This document shows positions 26,436 to 35,307 of a DNA stretch of 51,874 nucleotides, one piece after another (the stretch's first letter is position 1; the number at the start of each line of letters is the position of its first letter). The notes under the pieces are model-generated. The model made no database searches and was not told the origin of the DNA. It saw only the letters and a program-made list of their open reading frames with translations. This DNA is from a virus: positions 1 through 51,874 of IMG/VR virus record IMGVR_UViG_3300045988_065517; one strand, written 5' to 3'. The position numbers and the translations under genes were made by a program.

Positions 26436-27204
26436 TATTAAGACGTTGATGTCTTGGAGAATGAATAAAGCTGTACCACGTTTTATAATTTTATCAGGAC
26501 CTCGTGGAAGTGGAAGATTAACTCTCGCCAAATTAATAATGAAATATATTAACGCACAGGGGATAATTCTTGGTAATAGCATAAGTGATGTCAGACAAGC
26601 CATAGAATATGCCTACACCAAAAGCGAACCTACTTGCTATATCTTTAGGGATGCTGATGATATGCGACAGGAAGCGAAAAACGCTTTGCTTAAAGTGGTA
26701 GAGGAACCGCCCAATAAAGCATACTTTATTATGACGGTTCATAATATTGATAATATGCTTGGTACAATTAGAAGTCGTGGAACAGTGATAAAGATGGAAC
26801 CTTATTCAGAAGAAGAATTAAGGTCATATTCAGATGATGATTATTTATTGGACTACTGTTCCAACATTGGACAGATGCAGATTGATAAGAAAGAGCTGGA
26901 AAAGGTACAGAATTGTGTCTTTGATGTTTTAGCAGCACTGCAGGAAAAGTCAGGAACAAAGGTACTAAAAGCGTGTACACAGCTACAGAATAAGCAGACA
27001 GAAACAGATAAGATTGATGGCTTATTATTTATGCGTGTATTCGAGCGTTGCTTAGGTCAGACTGCTAGAGAATTATTCACACCAACTTGCTTATCTTATA
27101 TAAGTAGATGCAAGCAGGAGATTGACAGAACAACAATTAATAAAAAGGCAAGTATAGAATGTATGTTGATTAATATATTGGAGGAGATTAAGAATGGGAA
27201 ATAA
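26413..27204 (+). CDS. Clamp-loader subunit, delta'-like (HolB-like AAA+)
   Basis: ILSGPRGSGRLTLA, LLKVVEEPP and GTIRSRG motifs. Confidence 0.6.
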   Translation: MMIGQKNNIKTLMSWRMNKAVPRFIILSGPRGSGRLTLAKLIMKYINAQGIILGNSISDVRQAIEYAYTKSEPTCYIFRDADDMRQEAKNALLKVVEEPPNKAYFIMTVHNIDNMLGTIRSRGTVIKMEPYSEEELRSYSDDDYLLDYCSNIGQMQIDKKELEKVQNCVFDVLAALQEKSGTKVLKACTQLQNKQTETDKIDGLLFMRVFERCLGQTARELFTPTCLSYISRCKQEIDRTTINKKASIECMLINILEEIKNGK

Positions 27205-27418
27205 GGATGATATTACAGAAGCAGTTCACGGATTGGATATATTCACGAAGAACTGGTGTATGAATTGCAAAGAAACAGATGAAAAGAAAGATTTAGTTTT
27301 CAGATGTAGTAAATGTATATTCGGGTTGAAAGATGGTAGGTGTACAATTAAAACGTTTGCAAATACACATAAGCATAATTATCCAATGCACGAGTTCGGT
27401 GGTATGAGGAGGCATTAA
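27194..27418 (+). CDS. Small Cys-rich protein
   Basis: CMNCKE...CSKC...C motif. Confidence 0.5.
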   Translation: MGNKDDITEAVHGLDIFTKNWCMNCKETDEKKDLVFRCSKCIFGLKDGRCTIKTFANTHKHNYPMHEFGGMRRH

Positions 27419-27419
27419 T

Positions 27420-27770
27420 ATGCAGAGATTTCCTAGAAGATGGGATAAATTAACCTGTATTAACTTTTTACAGCGAAAAATAATAATTAACTGTATTCTA
27501 TATTATGAACTTAACGAAAATAAATTATCAGATAAGGAATATGATGAATTAAGTCATCAGCTGGTAGAATTACAGCAGGATGTTGATGTTAAGAATGATA
27601 CTCAATATGGCTATTGTATGTTCGATTTTGATGGAAACACAGGATTTGACCTATATAGTAGATTAAATGTTAAGGATAAAACATATCTTACGAATATAGC
27701 CCGAAATTTAGCTGGAAGCAGCATTGTAGTTAAACCAAAACCGAAAAAGAAGAAAGGAGGATTATTCTGA
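27420..27770 (+). CDS. Hypothetical protein
   Basis: 116-aa ORF. ILYYELNENKLSDKEYDELSHQLVELQ is reminiscent of the NAD-ligase domain Ia motif, but this is unproven. Confidence 0.5.
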   Translation: MQRFPRRWDKLTCINFLQRKIIINCILYYELNENKLSDKEYDELSHQLVELQQDVDVKNDTQYGYCMFDFDGNTGFDLYSRLNVKDKTYLTNIARNLAGSSIVVKPKPKKKKGGLF

Positions 27771-28720
27771 TGGAATTAGTTGAATTGATGAGGTGTATTA
27801 GTAATGATGATATCCCCAATTTATTAATATTATTCGGTGAGGAGCAGTGTATATTAGATATATACATTGAGCATATTAAGAAAGCTGGGAAACCAGTGAG
27901 TATTGGGTCAGTATCACAGGTACTTAACAAGTTGAGAACAAAGTCGCTGGATAAGGCGAAAAAGGTGTATATAATCAATGATGATTTAGACTTTATGAAG
28001 AACGAAAAAGCAGGAGAATCGCTGAAAAGTGCTTTGAAAGGAAAGCAGGATATAGTAATACTCCGATACCATAAGATAGATAAAAGAGGTAGATTTTATA
28101 AAGAGAACAAAAAAATCGCCGTAGAATTTACATTTTTATCCGAAAACATATTAATGAACTATATAAGAGAGAAAATCGCGAATATGAGCGATTCTGTGTG
28201 TGAACGTATTATAGAACTATGTGGTCATTCATATGGAAGAATCTTATTGGAATTAGATAAGATAGAACAGTATATGCAATGTCACAAAGAGTACAAATCA
28301 TCACCAGATAAAGCCTTTCAAGTGCTAGATAATGACGGAGCATTCTATAAGGAAATTGGTGATATTACCTTCCAGCTTACAGATGCAGTATTATCAGGAT
28401 TTCCAGATACAGCAATAGAGTTATTGGATGAAGCTAAACGAAAGGGAGAATCAGCTTTGATGATTGCATCCATTCTTTATAAAGGGTTCAGGAATATGTT
28501 CGCTTATTTAGCCTTGGGAGCAAATAAAAAAGGAGCAATGGAAAGAACAGGAATGTCCAAAGGAGACCTATATATAGTTAATAAGAATATAGGTGGTTAC
28601 AATCTAACAGAATGCCAGCGAAATATGCGAGTGTGTCAAAAGGTGGAAACAGGAATAAAACTGGGAAAATTAGATGAAGACATAGCTTTGGACTATTTAG
28701 TTTTTAATTGTCTACTTTAA
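27770..28720 (+). CDS. Clamp-loader subunit, delta-like (HolA-like)
   Basis: 316 aa. The N-terminus ...NLLILFGEEQCILD and helical C-terminal domains resemble HolA. Position follows the DnaX- and delta'-like genes. Confidence 0.5.
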   Translation: MELVELMRCISNDDIPNLLILFGEEQCILDIYIEHIKKAGKPVSIGSVSQVLNKLRTKSLDKAKKVYIINDDLDFMKNEKAGESLKSALKGKQDIVILRYHKIDKRGRFYKENKKIAVEFTFLSENILMNYIREKIANMSDSVCERIIELCGHSYGRILLELDKIEQYMQCHKEYKSSPDKAFQVLDNDGAFYKEIGDITFQLTDAVLSGFPDTAIELLDEAKRKGESALMIASILYKGFRNMFAYLALGANKKGAMERTGMSKGDLYIVNKNIGGYNLTECQRNMRVCQKVETGIKLGKLDEDIALDYLVFNCLL

Positions 28721-28765
28721 ATTATTAAGAATTTACTTTATTTTATTAAGACTTGCGTAAAAAGG

Positions 28766-28794
28766 TTTACTTTTTTGCTTATATGTATTACAAT
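28766..28794 (+). promoter_or_regulatory. Promoter cassette P7 (TTTACT-N17-TACAAT)
   Basis: ATATGTATTACAATAC block, followed by the leader CAGAAGTTAAAAAACAAGGAAAGTTGAGGTAA. Confidence 0.65.
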
Positions 28795-28838
28795 ACAATC
28801 AGAAGTTAAAAAACAAGGAAAGTTGAGGTAAACATATT

Positions 28839-29252
28839 ATGAGTAAACCAAGTTACAGACAAGATAATGGGCATTTTTGTTTTTACAATGCTAACCCAAA
28901 GAATAAGTTATCAGCAGGTGATTGTGTAGTAAGAGCTATATCATTTGCAAGTGAATTAGATTGGGATACCGTATATACAGGCTTATGTGAAATTGGTATG
29001 AAGATGAAAATGATGCCTAATGATAGAAAGGTGTTTGATAAGTATTTAGATGAGATAGGTTTCATAAAAATGAAAACACCTAAAGATGCATATGGTTATA
29101 GATACACAGCGGAACAGTTTGCAAGACGTAATCCTAATATGCTGGCGATATTGAGTTTAGCTAATCATTTAACCGTTATAAAGGACGGAAAAATAGTAGA
29201 TACTTGGGATTGTGGTTATTATTGTGTAGGAAATTATTGGGTGAAGAGATAA
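28839..29252 (+). CDS. Hypothetical protein with a possible papain-like Cys-His-Asp arrangement
   Basis: GDCVVRAI ... NHLTVIKDGKIVDTWDC. First ORF after P7. Confidence 0.45.
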   Translation: MSKPSYRQDNGHFCFYNANPKNKLSAGDCVVRAISFASELDWDTVYTGLCEIGMKMKMMPNDRKVFDKYLDEIGFIKMKTPKDAYGYRYTAEQFARRNPNMLAILSLANHLTVIKDGKIVDTWDCGYYCVGNYWVKR

Positions 29253-29263
29253 GGAGGGAAAAT

Positions 29264-29893
29264 ATGAATAGAAATTTTAGGATAGGTGACAAGGTTGTGA
29301 TTCAGCCCACCAAAACAGTAGAGGACATATACGGAAGTTATGAGCTAGTGGGAAGACTTGGAGAGGTACGTAGGATATTTACAACGGGTGATAGATGTTA
29401 TGGAGTACACATTCCTGGCGAATATAACGAATATTCTGATTCTAGTTATTTTTGGTTGGATAAATATTCTATGGAATTATTTGAAGCAGCAAAAGATAAA
29501 GATTTAGATTTACTACCATATGATAGAGTAGCCTTTGTTACAGTTGACGGTTCAGTGCAGGAATATGCATATGCTTTATATGACGAACCAGATAGTAGAA
29601 TACAACCTACTGATTATGTTTTAGTTTCGGGAAAAGCACAAGGTAAGCTTTGTTTCGTAACAAAGATTCTTCCAAAAGAAGAAGTAAAAAACGAAGTAAC
29701 AGAAGAGGTTATTTGCAAAGTTGACTTATCTGCCTACAGACAAAGACAGGATATTAAACGTAAGAAGCAGAAGTTATTAGCAAAGATGAAAGCGAAAAGA
29801 CGTGAGCTGGAAGCAAGAAATTTAGATGAACTGTATGCAAGTATGGATGAAGATTACGCAAAAATGCTTGAAGAATTAAAATCAATAGGTTAG
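29264..29893 (+). CDS. Hypothetical protein
   Basis: AAGGAGGG RBS before the ATG at 29264. Basic coiled-coil C-terminus. Confidence 0.6.
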   Translation: MNRNFRIGDKVVIQPTKTVEDIYGSYELVGRLGEVRRIFTTGDRCYGVHIPGEYNEYSDSSYFWLDKYSMELFEAAKDKDLDLLPYDRVAFVTVDGSVQEYAYALYDEPDSRIQPTDYVLVSGKAQGKLCFVTKILPKEEVKNEVTEEVICKVDLSAYRQRQDIKRKKQKLLAKMKAKRRELEARNLDELYASMDEDYAKMLEELKSIG

Positions 29894-29904
29894 GAGGAAT
29901 TGTT

Positions 29905-30303
29905 ATGCTTAATATTGAATATTATAAGGAACTATTAGTGAAATTAGGTATTATAAACCTTGATAAGTTAGCACTAGTACAAGGACAGCCACATATCTGT
30001 GATGATACAAAGTGTACTGAATGTTTATTCATCCACACTTTTTCTTGTTCTGACGAAGCCTTAAATTGGTTACTTACAGAATATAAAGAACCAGAAGTTG
30101 ATTGGAGCAAAGTCAAGGTTGATACACCAATATTGGTTAGAAAGAATGAAGATAAAGAATGGGTGAATAGATATTTTGCTAAATTTGAAGATGGGAAAGT
30201 TTATGCGTGGATGTGTGGAGCTACATCTTGGACAGTGGATGATGAATATGATGTAACTTTTTGGAAATACGCAAAACTAGCAGAAAGTGAGGTGTTAAAA
30301 TGA
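29905..30303 (+). CDS. Hypothetical protein
   Basis: AGGAGG RBS. Confidence 0.6.
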   Translation: MLNIEYYKELLVKLGIINLDKLALVQGQPHICDDTKCTECLFIHTFSCSDEALNWLLTEYKEPEVDWSKVKVDTPILVRKNEDKEWVNRYFAKFEDGKVYAWMCGATSWTVDDEYDVTFWKYAKLAESEVLK

Positions 30304-30539
30304 CATTAGATGAATGTTTGAAGGCTTTAGATTATGAATTAAGTAGAGACTTAGAGGATAGTGAGAGAATACCTATATTGCAAACAAGACTGTGGTTGAC
30401 AGAGTTGAAGATGTATAAAATAAATGAGTTTCCAAACACATTAAGTTTGGATAAGATGATTTCAAATTTAGGTGAAGCAGATAATCAGTTATGCAGGTGG
30501 CTGAAAGAATTGAAAAATTATAGAGTAAGTTGTAGGTGA
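30300..30539 (+). CDS. Hypothetical protein
   Basis: Coupled start (ATGA overlap). Confidence 0.55.
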   Translation: MTLDECLKALDYELSRDLEDSERIPILQTRLWLTELKMYKINEFPNTLSLDKMISNLGEADNQLCRWLKELKNYRVSCR

Positions 30540-30562
30540 TTTAATAAAAGGAGAACTAAGGA

Positions 30563-30799
30563 ATGAAAGAGCAGAAAGCGATAACACAGGAAGAAGCAAT
30601 CAGACGATTAAAAGAAAGCAGATTTACTATTCAGCCATACAACTATATGAACCAAGCATTAGATATGGCAATCTCAGCCCTTGAAAAGCAGGAAAAAATT
30701 TCAAGAACAGTTCTTGAAGGAAAATATTTTTGTCCAAGATGTAAATGCTTAATGATTCATTCAGGCTACTGTAAAAATTGCGGACAAAATACATATTAG
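30563..30799 (+). CDS. Hypothetical protein with a C-terminal zinc ribbon
   Basis: CPRCKC...CKNCG motif. AAGGAG RBS. Confidence 0.55.
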   Translation: MKEQKAITQEEAIRRLKESRFTIQPYNYMNQALDMAISALEKQEKISRTVLEGKYFCPRCKCLMIHSGYCKNCGQNTY

Positions 30800-30816
30800 A
30801 TTGGAGTGATTTATAA

Positions 30817-31095
30817 ATGTTGCACATATTAATTCCTATATTTGTAGGAATAGGGATTGCAACCATGTTTCTTCATATAGTTGAAATTTTAATTTTTCTA
30901 TTTTCTAAAATAAAAAAGCGAATGAATTATGAACGCAAGATTAAATTTCTTTGCAAGCATACATATAAGATTGATTCAATTTGTGGAGATGGAGAAGTTG
31001 AAGTGACGTGTTGCAAATGTGGTAAGAAAAAGTTTATACGATTTAGCTCTAAATCTCTTACAGAGTTTCGAATAGGAGGGAAGAAATGCGATTAA
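30817..31095 (+). CDS. Membrane-anchored small protein with a Cys cluster
   Basis: N-terminal hydrophobic helix, then C..C...CCKCG. Confidence 0.5.
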   Translation: MLHILIPIFVGIGIATMFLHIVEILIFLFSKIKKRMNYERKIKFLCKHTYKIDSICGDGEVEVTCCKCGKKKFIRFSSKSLTEFRIGGKKCD

Positions 31096-31189
31096 ATAGA
31101 TGCAGATAAAACAATAGAAGAATACACGCAAATATTTGTTGAAAAATTTGGAATTGAAGGCGGTGAAATGTTGAAAGTGAGGAATAATA

Positions 31190-31366
31190 TTGATTAATGA
31201 ATTAGAACAAACCACCTGCAAACGTTGTGGAAGAAAATTAAAGAATCCAAAAGCTATAGAATTAGGTATGGGTGCAACCTGCTGGAAGAAATTCATAGAA
31301 GAAGATATACATAAAAAGTTATTTAATATAGACGAAGAAAATGTTATAATTGATAAAGAATCATAA
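31190..31366 (+). CDS. 58-aa protein with a second CxRCGR.L.NP.....G.G..C motif (DUF6011-like)
   Basis: TTG start with a GTGAGGA RBS. LINELEQTTCKRCGRKLKNPKAIELGMGATCWKKF.... Absent from the ORF track because it is under 60 aa. Confidence 0.5.
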   Translation: MINELEQTTCKRCGRKLKNPKAIELGMGATCWKKFIEEDIHKKLFNIDEENVIIDKES

Positions 31367-31382
31367 GAAAGGAGAATAAGAA

Positions 31383-32594
31383 ATGAAAGCAGGAGCAACT
31401 TATAATCTAATAGTTAAGCTTCCAGAAATAACTGACGAACCTTCAGAACAGGAAATTATAGATGAAATTATATTCACTATAAATTGTGGTTCTGTTCAGT
31501 TATCCAAAGTATATCCAAATGACGTGAGTTTAGCTGGTGATATATATATTATTCCTTTAAATCAAGCAGAAACTAAACAGCTCGTGGGAAACTGTCAGTT
31601 AGAAGCTCAAGTCAATTATACAAATAAAGCAGTTCAGAAATCTTACATACAGTCATTTACGGTAAGCGACACCTTAGCAACTAAAGATGTTGATGGTGTA
31701 CCAGACTCTACACATAATTCAGAATTAATCTTACGATTGATTGGTTCATCTGTACTTGTCATTAGTATAGTACCAGAAGTAGCAGATGAGATTATTAAGA
31801 ATATGAATAAACTTTATTTAGCCACTAAACAAGCGATGGAAGATACTCAGTCTTATGGGGAGCAGACAAAATCTGAGTTACAAGTTAAACTGCAAGACGC
31901 ACTAAATAGTATTAATGATGTAGCGGTAGGACAGTTGGAAAGTATTAACAACACAGCACAGGCACAGATTGATGCAATTAATGGTGCTGGAAGAGCTAAC
32001 ATTAAGAGCGTTAATGATAGTGCTAGACAAAATATTAATAATCTTAATAACGCTTACACTGAAAATTTAAGAAAATTTAATAACAACGCAGATAATGTTT
32101 ATAATGCTAAAGTTGTAGCTTTTAACGAAGTTACTAGCAGTAAATTAACTGACATCAATAATACTGCTACAAGTCAGATTAGGGCTATTAATAACACAGC
32201 TTTAACTCAGATAAATGCTATTAATAAGACTTCGCAAAGTCAAGTTCAAAATATGACTGTAAAATATTCTGATATGTGTAGAACTCTTGGAATAGAACAC
32301 GAGGGAATATTATGCCTTCGTAATTTAAAACGAGTTTCAATTAATGTGGCGAGTTTTAAATATATAAAATTTGGAAAAATGTATATAGATTCAACTGATA
32401 AAAAGTTAATTTCAAATCAAGGTCCATATTTTTTCAATGTTGACAATTTTGGATATATAAATACAGATGAGGAATATGACATTTCATCAGAAAAAGAATT
32501 ATATTGTCAGTCAGAATACTATCACAACCCTGAACTTACAGTCTATGTAGACTATAAACTTTATAACAATTCAGAAGAAACAGTTGAAGAATAA
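31383..32594 (+). CDS. Fibre-like structural protein with an Asn/Ala/Gln-rich repeat core
   Basis: Repeats of the INNTA.xQIxAIN type at nt 31935-32255. AAGGAG RBS. Located at the head of the late region. Confidence 0.5.
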   Translation: MKAGATYNLIVKLPEITDEPSEQEIIDEIIFTINCGSVQLSKVYPNDVSLAGDIYIIPLNQAETKQLVGNCQLEAQVNYTNKAVQKSYIQSFTVSDTLATKDVDGVPDSTHNSELILRLIGSSVLVISIVPEVADEIIKNMNKLYLATKQAMEDTQSYGEQTKSELQVKLQDALNSINDVAVGQLESINNTAQAQIDAINGAGRANIKSVNDSARQNINNLNNAYTENLRKFNNNADNVYNAKVVAFNEVTSSKLTDINNTATSQIRAINNTALTQINAINKTSQSQVQNMTVKYSDMCRTLGIEHEGILCLRNLKRVSINVASFKYIKFGKMYIDSTDKKLISNQGPYFFNVDNFGYINTDEEYDISSEKELYCQSEYYHNPELTVYVDYKLYNNSEETVEE

Positions 32595-32642
32595 GAAAGT
32601 AATGGTTGAGGCAAATGAAAATCAAATAAGGAGGAGAATAAG

Positions 32643-32873
32643 ATGAATAATGATATTAATATAACTTGGGAAGAGCAGCAAGAAATACTGCGAAAATTAG
32701 AGAGTTTATATTTAGAAATAAAAAGTTATGATTATATCGGAATAAAAATAGCGACAGGTGTAGCAACTATAGAAGACTATGCGGAACAGATAACACATAT
32801 GGAAGAGTTGAGAAAACAAATTCGCGAATTAGAGGCGAAGATAAAACCAACTAACTACAAATTAATATATTAA
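32643..32873 (+). CDS. Hypothetical coiled-coil protein
   Basis: AGGAGG RBS, followed by a terminator. Confidence 0.6.
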   Translation: MNNDINITWEEQQEILRKLESLYLEIKSYDYIGIKIATGVATIEDYAEQITHMEELRKQIRELEAKIKPTNYKLIY

Positions 32874-32889
32874 CAACTACTTAACAATT

Positions 32890-32928
32890 AGAGTACAAAT
32901 CTTATACAGGTTTGTACTCTTTTTATTT
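32890..32928 (+). terminator. Rho-independent terminator
   Basis: AGAGTACAAA-loop-TTTGTACTCT followed by TTTTATTT. Confidence 0.8.
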
Positions 32929-32954
32929 ACATTTTATGCTTTTTTTGTTATATT
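32926..32954 (+). promoter_or_regulatory. Candidate promoter of the packaging/head operon (TTTACA-N17-TGtTATATT)
   Basis: Hexamers and the TG dinucleotide read directly from the sequence. Confidence 0.55.
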
Positions 32955-32982
32955 TTTATATAGTTAAAAAGGAGATAATGTT

Positions 32983-33300
32983 ATGGCAAATCAACAAGCA
33001 TTGATATATAAATTACAATTAGCACTAAAACAAAAAGGTTATATAATAAGCATAAATACAACTCAATTTTATTCGGGGGACAGGGGAAGATATATAAAAG
33101 GATATATACTAAAAAGAAATTATAAAATAGTATATAGTTCATATAGTACAATAAGAATAATTAGATATTTAGTAAACCTACTGAATATAGTAAAAACCCT
33201 TAATAAACAAGAGATTCAAAGCAGAAGAATTGATACAATAATAGAACAAAGAATGGAGGAAATATATAAATGCCAAAAACAATTAGAAGAAAGAGATTAA
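32983..33300 (+). CDS. Hypothetical basic protein
   Basis: AAGGAG RBS. Confidence 0.55.
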   Translation: MANQQALIYKLQLALKQKGYIISINTTQFYSGDRGRYIKGYILKRNYKIVYSSYSTIRIIRYLVNLLNIVKTLNKQEIQSRRIDTIIEQRMEEIYKCQKQLEERD

Positions 33301-33689
33301 AGCCAGATTATCTAAATCAAAAACAATTTGAATTTTTTGAAAATTATCTAGCCACTAATAACATTACACAGTCAGCTATAGATGCGGGTTATAGTGAGAA
33401 AACAGCTGGACAGCAAGGTTGTAGAATGTTAAAAAGTATAAAAGGGCAAAATTACATCGCGGAACGTATGGCAGAGCTTGATGAAGAAAAGGTAGCCACA
33501 GCGAATGAAGTATTAGAGTATTTAACTTCTGTAATGCGAGGTGAAGTACAGGACCAGTTCGATTTAGAACCATCATTATCTGACAGAACAAAGGCTGCTA
33601 GTGAATTAGCTCGTAGATTAGTAGATACGAAGGCTGCTGTAATTCCTGTTAAGATTGTGGACGATATTCCACGTCCAAAGGAGGCGTAA
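33270..33689 (+). CDS. Terminase small subunit
   Basis: N-terminal HTH of the Terminase_2 type (NQKQFEFFENYLATNNITQSAIDAGYSEKTA). Located upstream of TerL. Confidence 0.8.
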   Translation: MPKTIRRKRLKPDYLNQKQFEFFENYLATNNITQSAIDAGYSEKTAGQQGCRMLKSIKGQNYIAERMAELDEEKVATANEVLEYLTSVMRGEVQDQFDLEPSLSDRTKAASELARRLVDTKAAVIPVKIVDDIPRPKEA

Positions 33690-33691
33690 AT

Positions 33692-34963
33692 ATGTTTCCA
33701 CTTAAACCAAAAGTAGAATTGACTATCCCCTTAACTGAATGTATAGGTCCGGCGTTCTATAATATGCATTGGGATATTATAGAAGGAAACCATACTTACT
33801 ATGACTGTATAGGAGGAAGAGGTAGCTTGAAATCTTCCGATATTAGTATTGAGATTGTGTTCGGCATAATGCAGGATAAAGATGCAAATGCTCTTGTATA
33901 TAGAAAGGTAGCAGATACTATTGGAGATTCTGTATATGAACAGATATGTTGGGCGATAGACAAACTCGGAGTTAGTGAATTATGGCATTGCGTTAAATCA
34001 CCATATAAATGCATATATAAGCCTACAGGGCAGAAAATTATATTTAAGGGATTGGACAAGGCGAAAAAATCAAAGTCAGTAAAGACACAGTTCGGTTACT
34101 TCAAGTATCTTTGGTTCGAAGAATTAGACGAGTTCAATGGAGCACAAGAATTAAGAACAGTTCAGCAGTCAGTATTAAGAGGTGGTCCTAAGTTCGTAGT
34201 TTTTAAATCTATGAACCCACCTAGAAGCAAGACAAACTGGGCGAATGCTTATATAGAAGAAGAAAAGCTAAGACCTGATACTTATGTAAGTGAAACTACA
34301 TATCTTGATGCACCGAAAGAGTGGCTAGGTCAACAGTTCATAGATGATGCTGAATGGTTAAAGCAAATAAATCCAAAAGCATATGAGCACGAATATCTAG
34401 GCAAACCAGTAGGAACAGGAAATAACGTATTTGATAATATAACAGTAAGACCGATAACAGATGAAGAAATAGCAGGCTTTGACCACATCTATATGGGAAT
34501 AGACTGGGGTTGGTATCCAGACCCTTATCATTGGGGTAAAATGCACTATGATGCTAATAGAAGAAAGCTATATATCTTTGATGAATATAGAGCAATTAAG
34601 ACAAAGAACAGAGATACAGCTGCCTATTTAGTTGAGAATAAGGGTGTAAGAGCCCACGACTTAATCACCTGTGATAGTGCAGAGAATAAGTCTGTAGCTG
34701 ATTATAGAAGTTATGGGTTAAATGCAAGGGCAGCTGAAAAGGGTCCTGATTCAGTGCGTTATGGAATTAAGTGGTTACAATCATTAGTGGAGATTGTAAT
34801 CGACCCTATAAGATGTCCTAATACGAAGGACGAATTTAAGAATGCCGAATATGAATTGAATAAAGATGGTGAACCAACAAGTGTTATTCCAGACCGTGAT
34901 AACCATAGTATTGATATGACTAGATATGCGATGGAAAGAGTTTGGAAAAGGAAAGGAAGATAA
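33692..34963 (+). CDS. Terminase large subunit
   Basis: Walker A-like GGRGSLKSS, Walker B WFEELDE and a C-terminal nuclease-like GIDWG...D segment. Confidence 0.85.
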   Translation: MFPLKPKVELTIPLTECIGPAFYNMHWDIIEGNHTYYDCIGGRGSLKSSDISIEIVFGIMQDKDANALVYRKVADTIGDSVYEQICWAIDKLGVSELWHCVKSPYKCIYKPTGQKIIFKGLDKAKKSKSVKTQFGYFKYLWFEELDEFNGAQELRTVQQSVLRGGPKFVVFKSMNPPRSKTNWANAYIEEEKLRPDTYVSETTYLDAPKEWLGQQFIDDAEWLKQINPKAYEHEYLGKPVGTGNNVFDNITVRPITDEEIAGFDHIYMGIDWGWYPDPYHWGKMHYDANRRKLYIFDEYRAIKTKNRDTAAYLVENKGVRAHDLITCDSAENKSVADYRSYGLNARAAEKGPDSVRYGIKWLQSLVEIVIDPIRCPNTKDEFKNAEYELNKDGEPTSVIPDRDNHSIDMTRYAMERVWKRKGR

Positions 34964-34967
34964 TATT

Positions 34968-35294
34968 ATGGAGAAAAGAATATTAATATTAGGGACATTA
35001 TATAAGATTAAATATAAGAATCTAAAGGATGCTGATTATGATGGTTCCTGTGATTACACCTCAAAGACAATTATAATCAGAGCGGATAATTATAATAATG
35101 TGGGTGACTTCCAGCGAATGCAGAATAAGCAATTACGACACGAGATTATACACGCTTTTCTAGCCGAAAGTGGATTACAATGTAATTTTGAACACTCTAC
35201 AACGTGGGGTCACGAGGAGACTATGGTCGATTGGGTAGCAATTCAATTCCCTAAGCTCTTAGCAGTTTATAAGGAATTAAATATATTAGAATAA
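34968..35294 (+). CDS. Small HExxH protein, a putative metallopeptidase-like protein
   Basis: LRHEIIHAFLAESG motif. ATG at 34968. Confidence 0.45.
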   Translation: MEKRILILGTLYKIKYKNLKDADYDGSCDYTSKTIIIRADNYNNVGDFQRMQNKQLRHEIIHAFLAESGLQCNFEHSTTWGHEETMVDWVAIQFPKLLAVYKELNILE

Positions 35295-35307
35295 AAGGAG
35301 AATAAAG

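Noticed and set aside
30976-31398. 140-aa minus-strand ORF spanning the 31095-31383 gap
   Set aside because: It is antisense to the + strand DUF6011-like ORF and the decayed small gene. It has hydrophobic low-complexity composition and no convincing RBS or promoter on the minus strand. All other minus-strand track ORFs (60-96 aa) were rejected for the same reasons.
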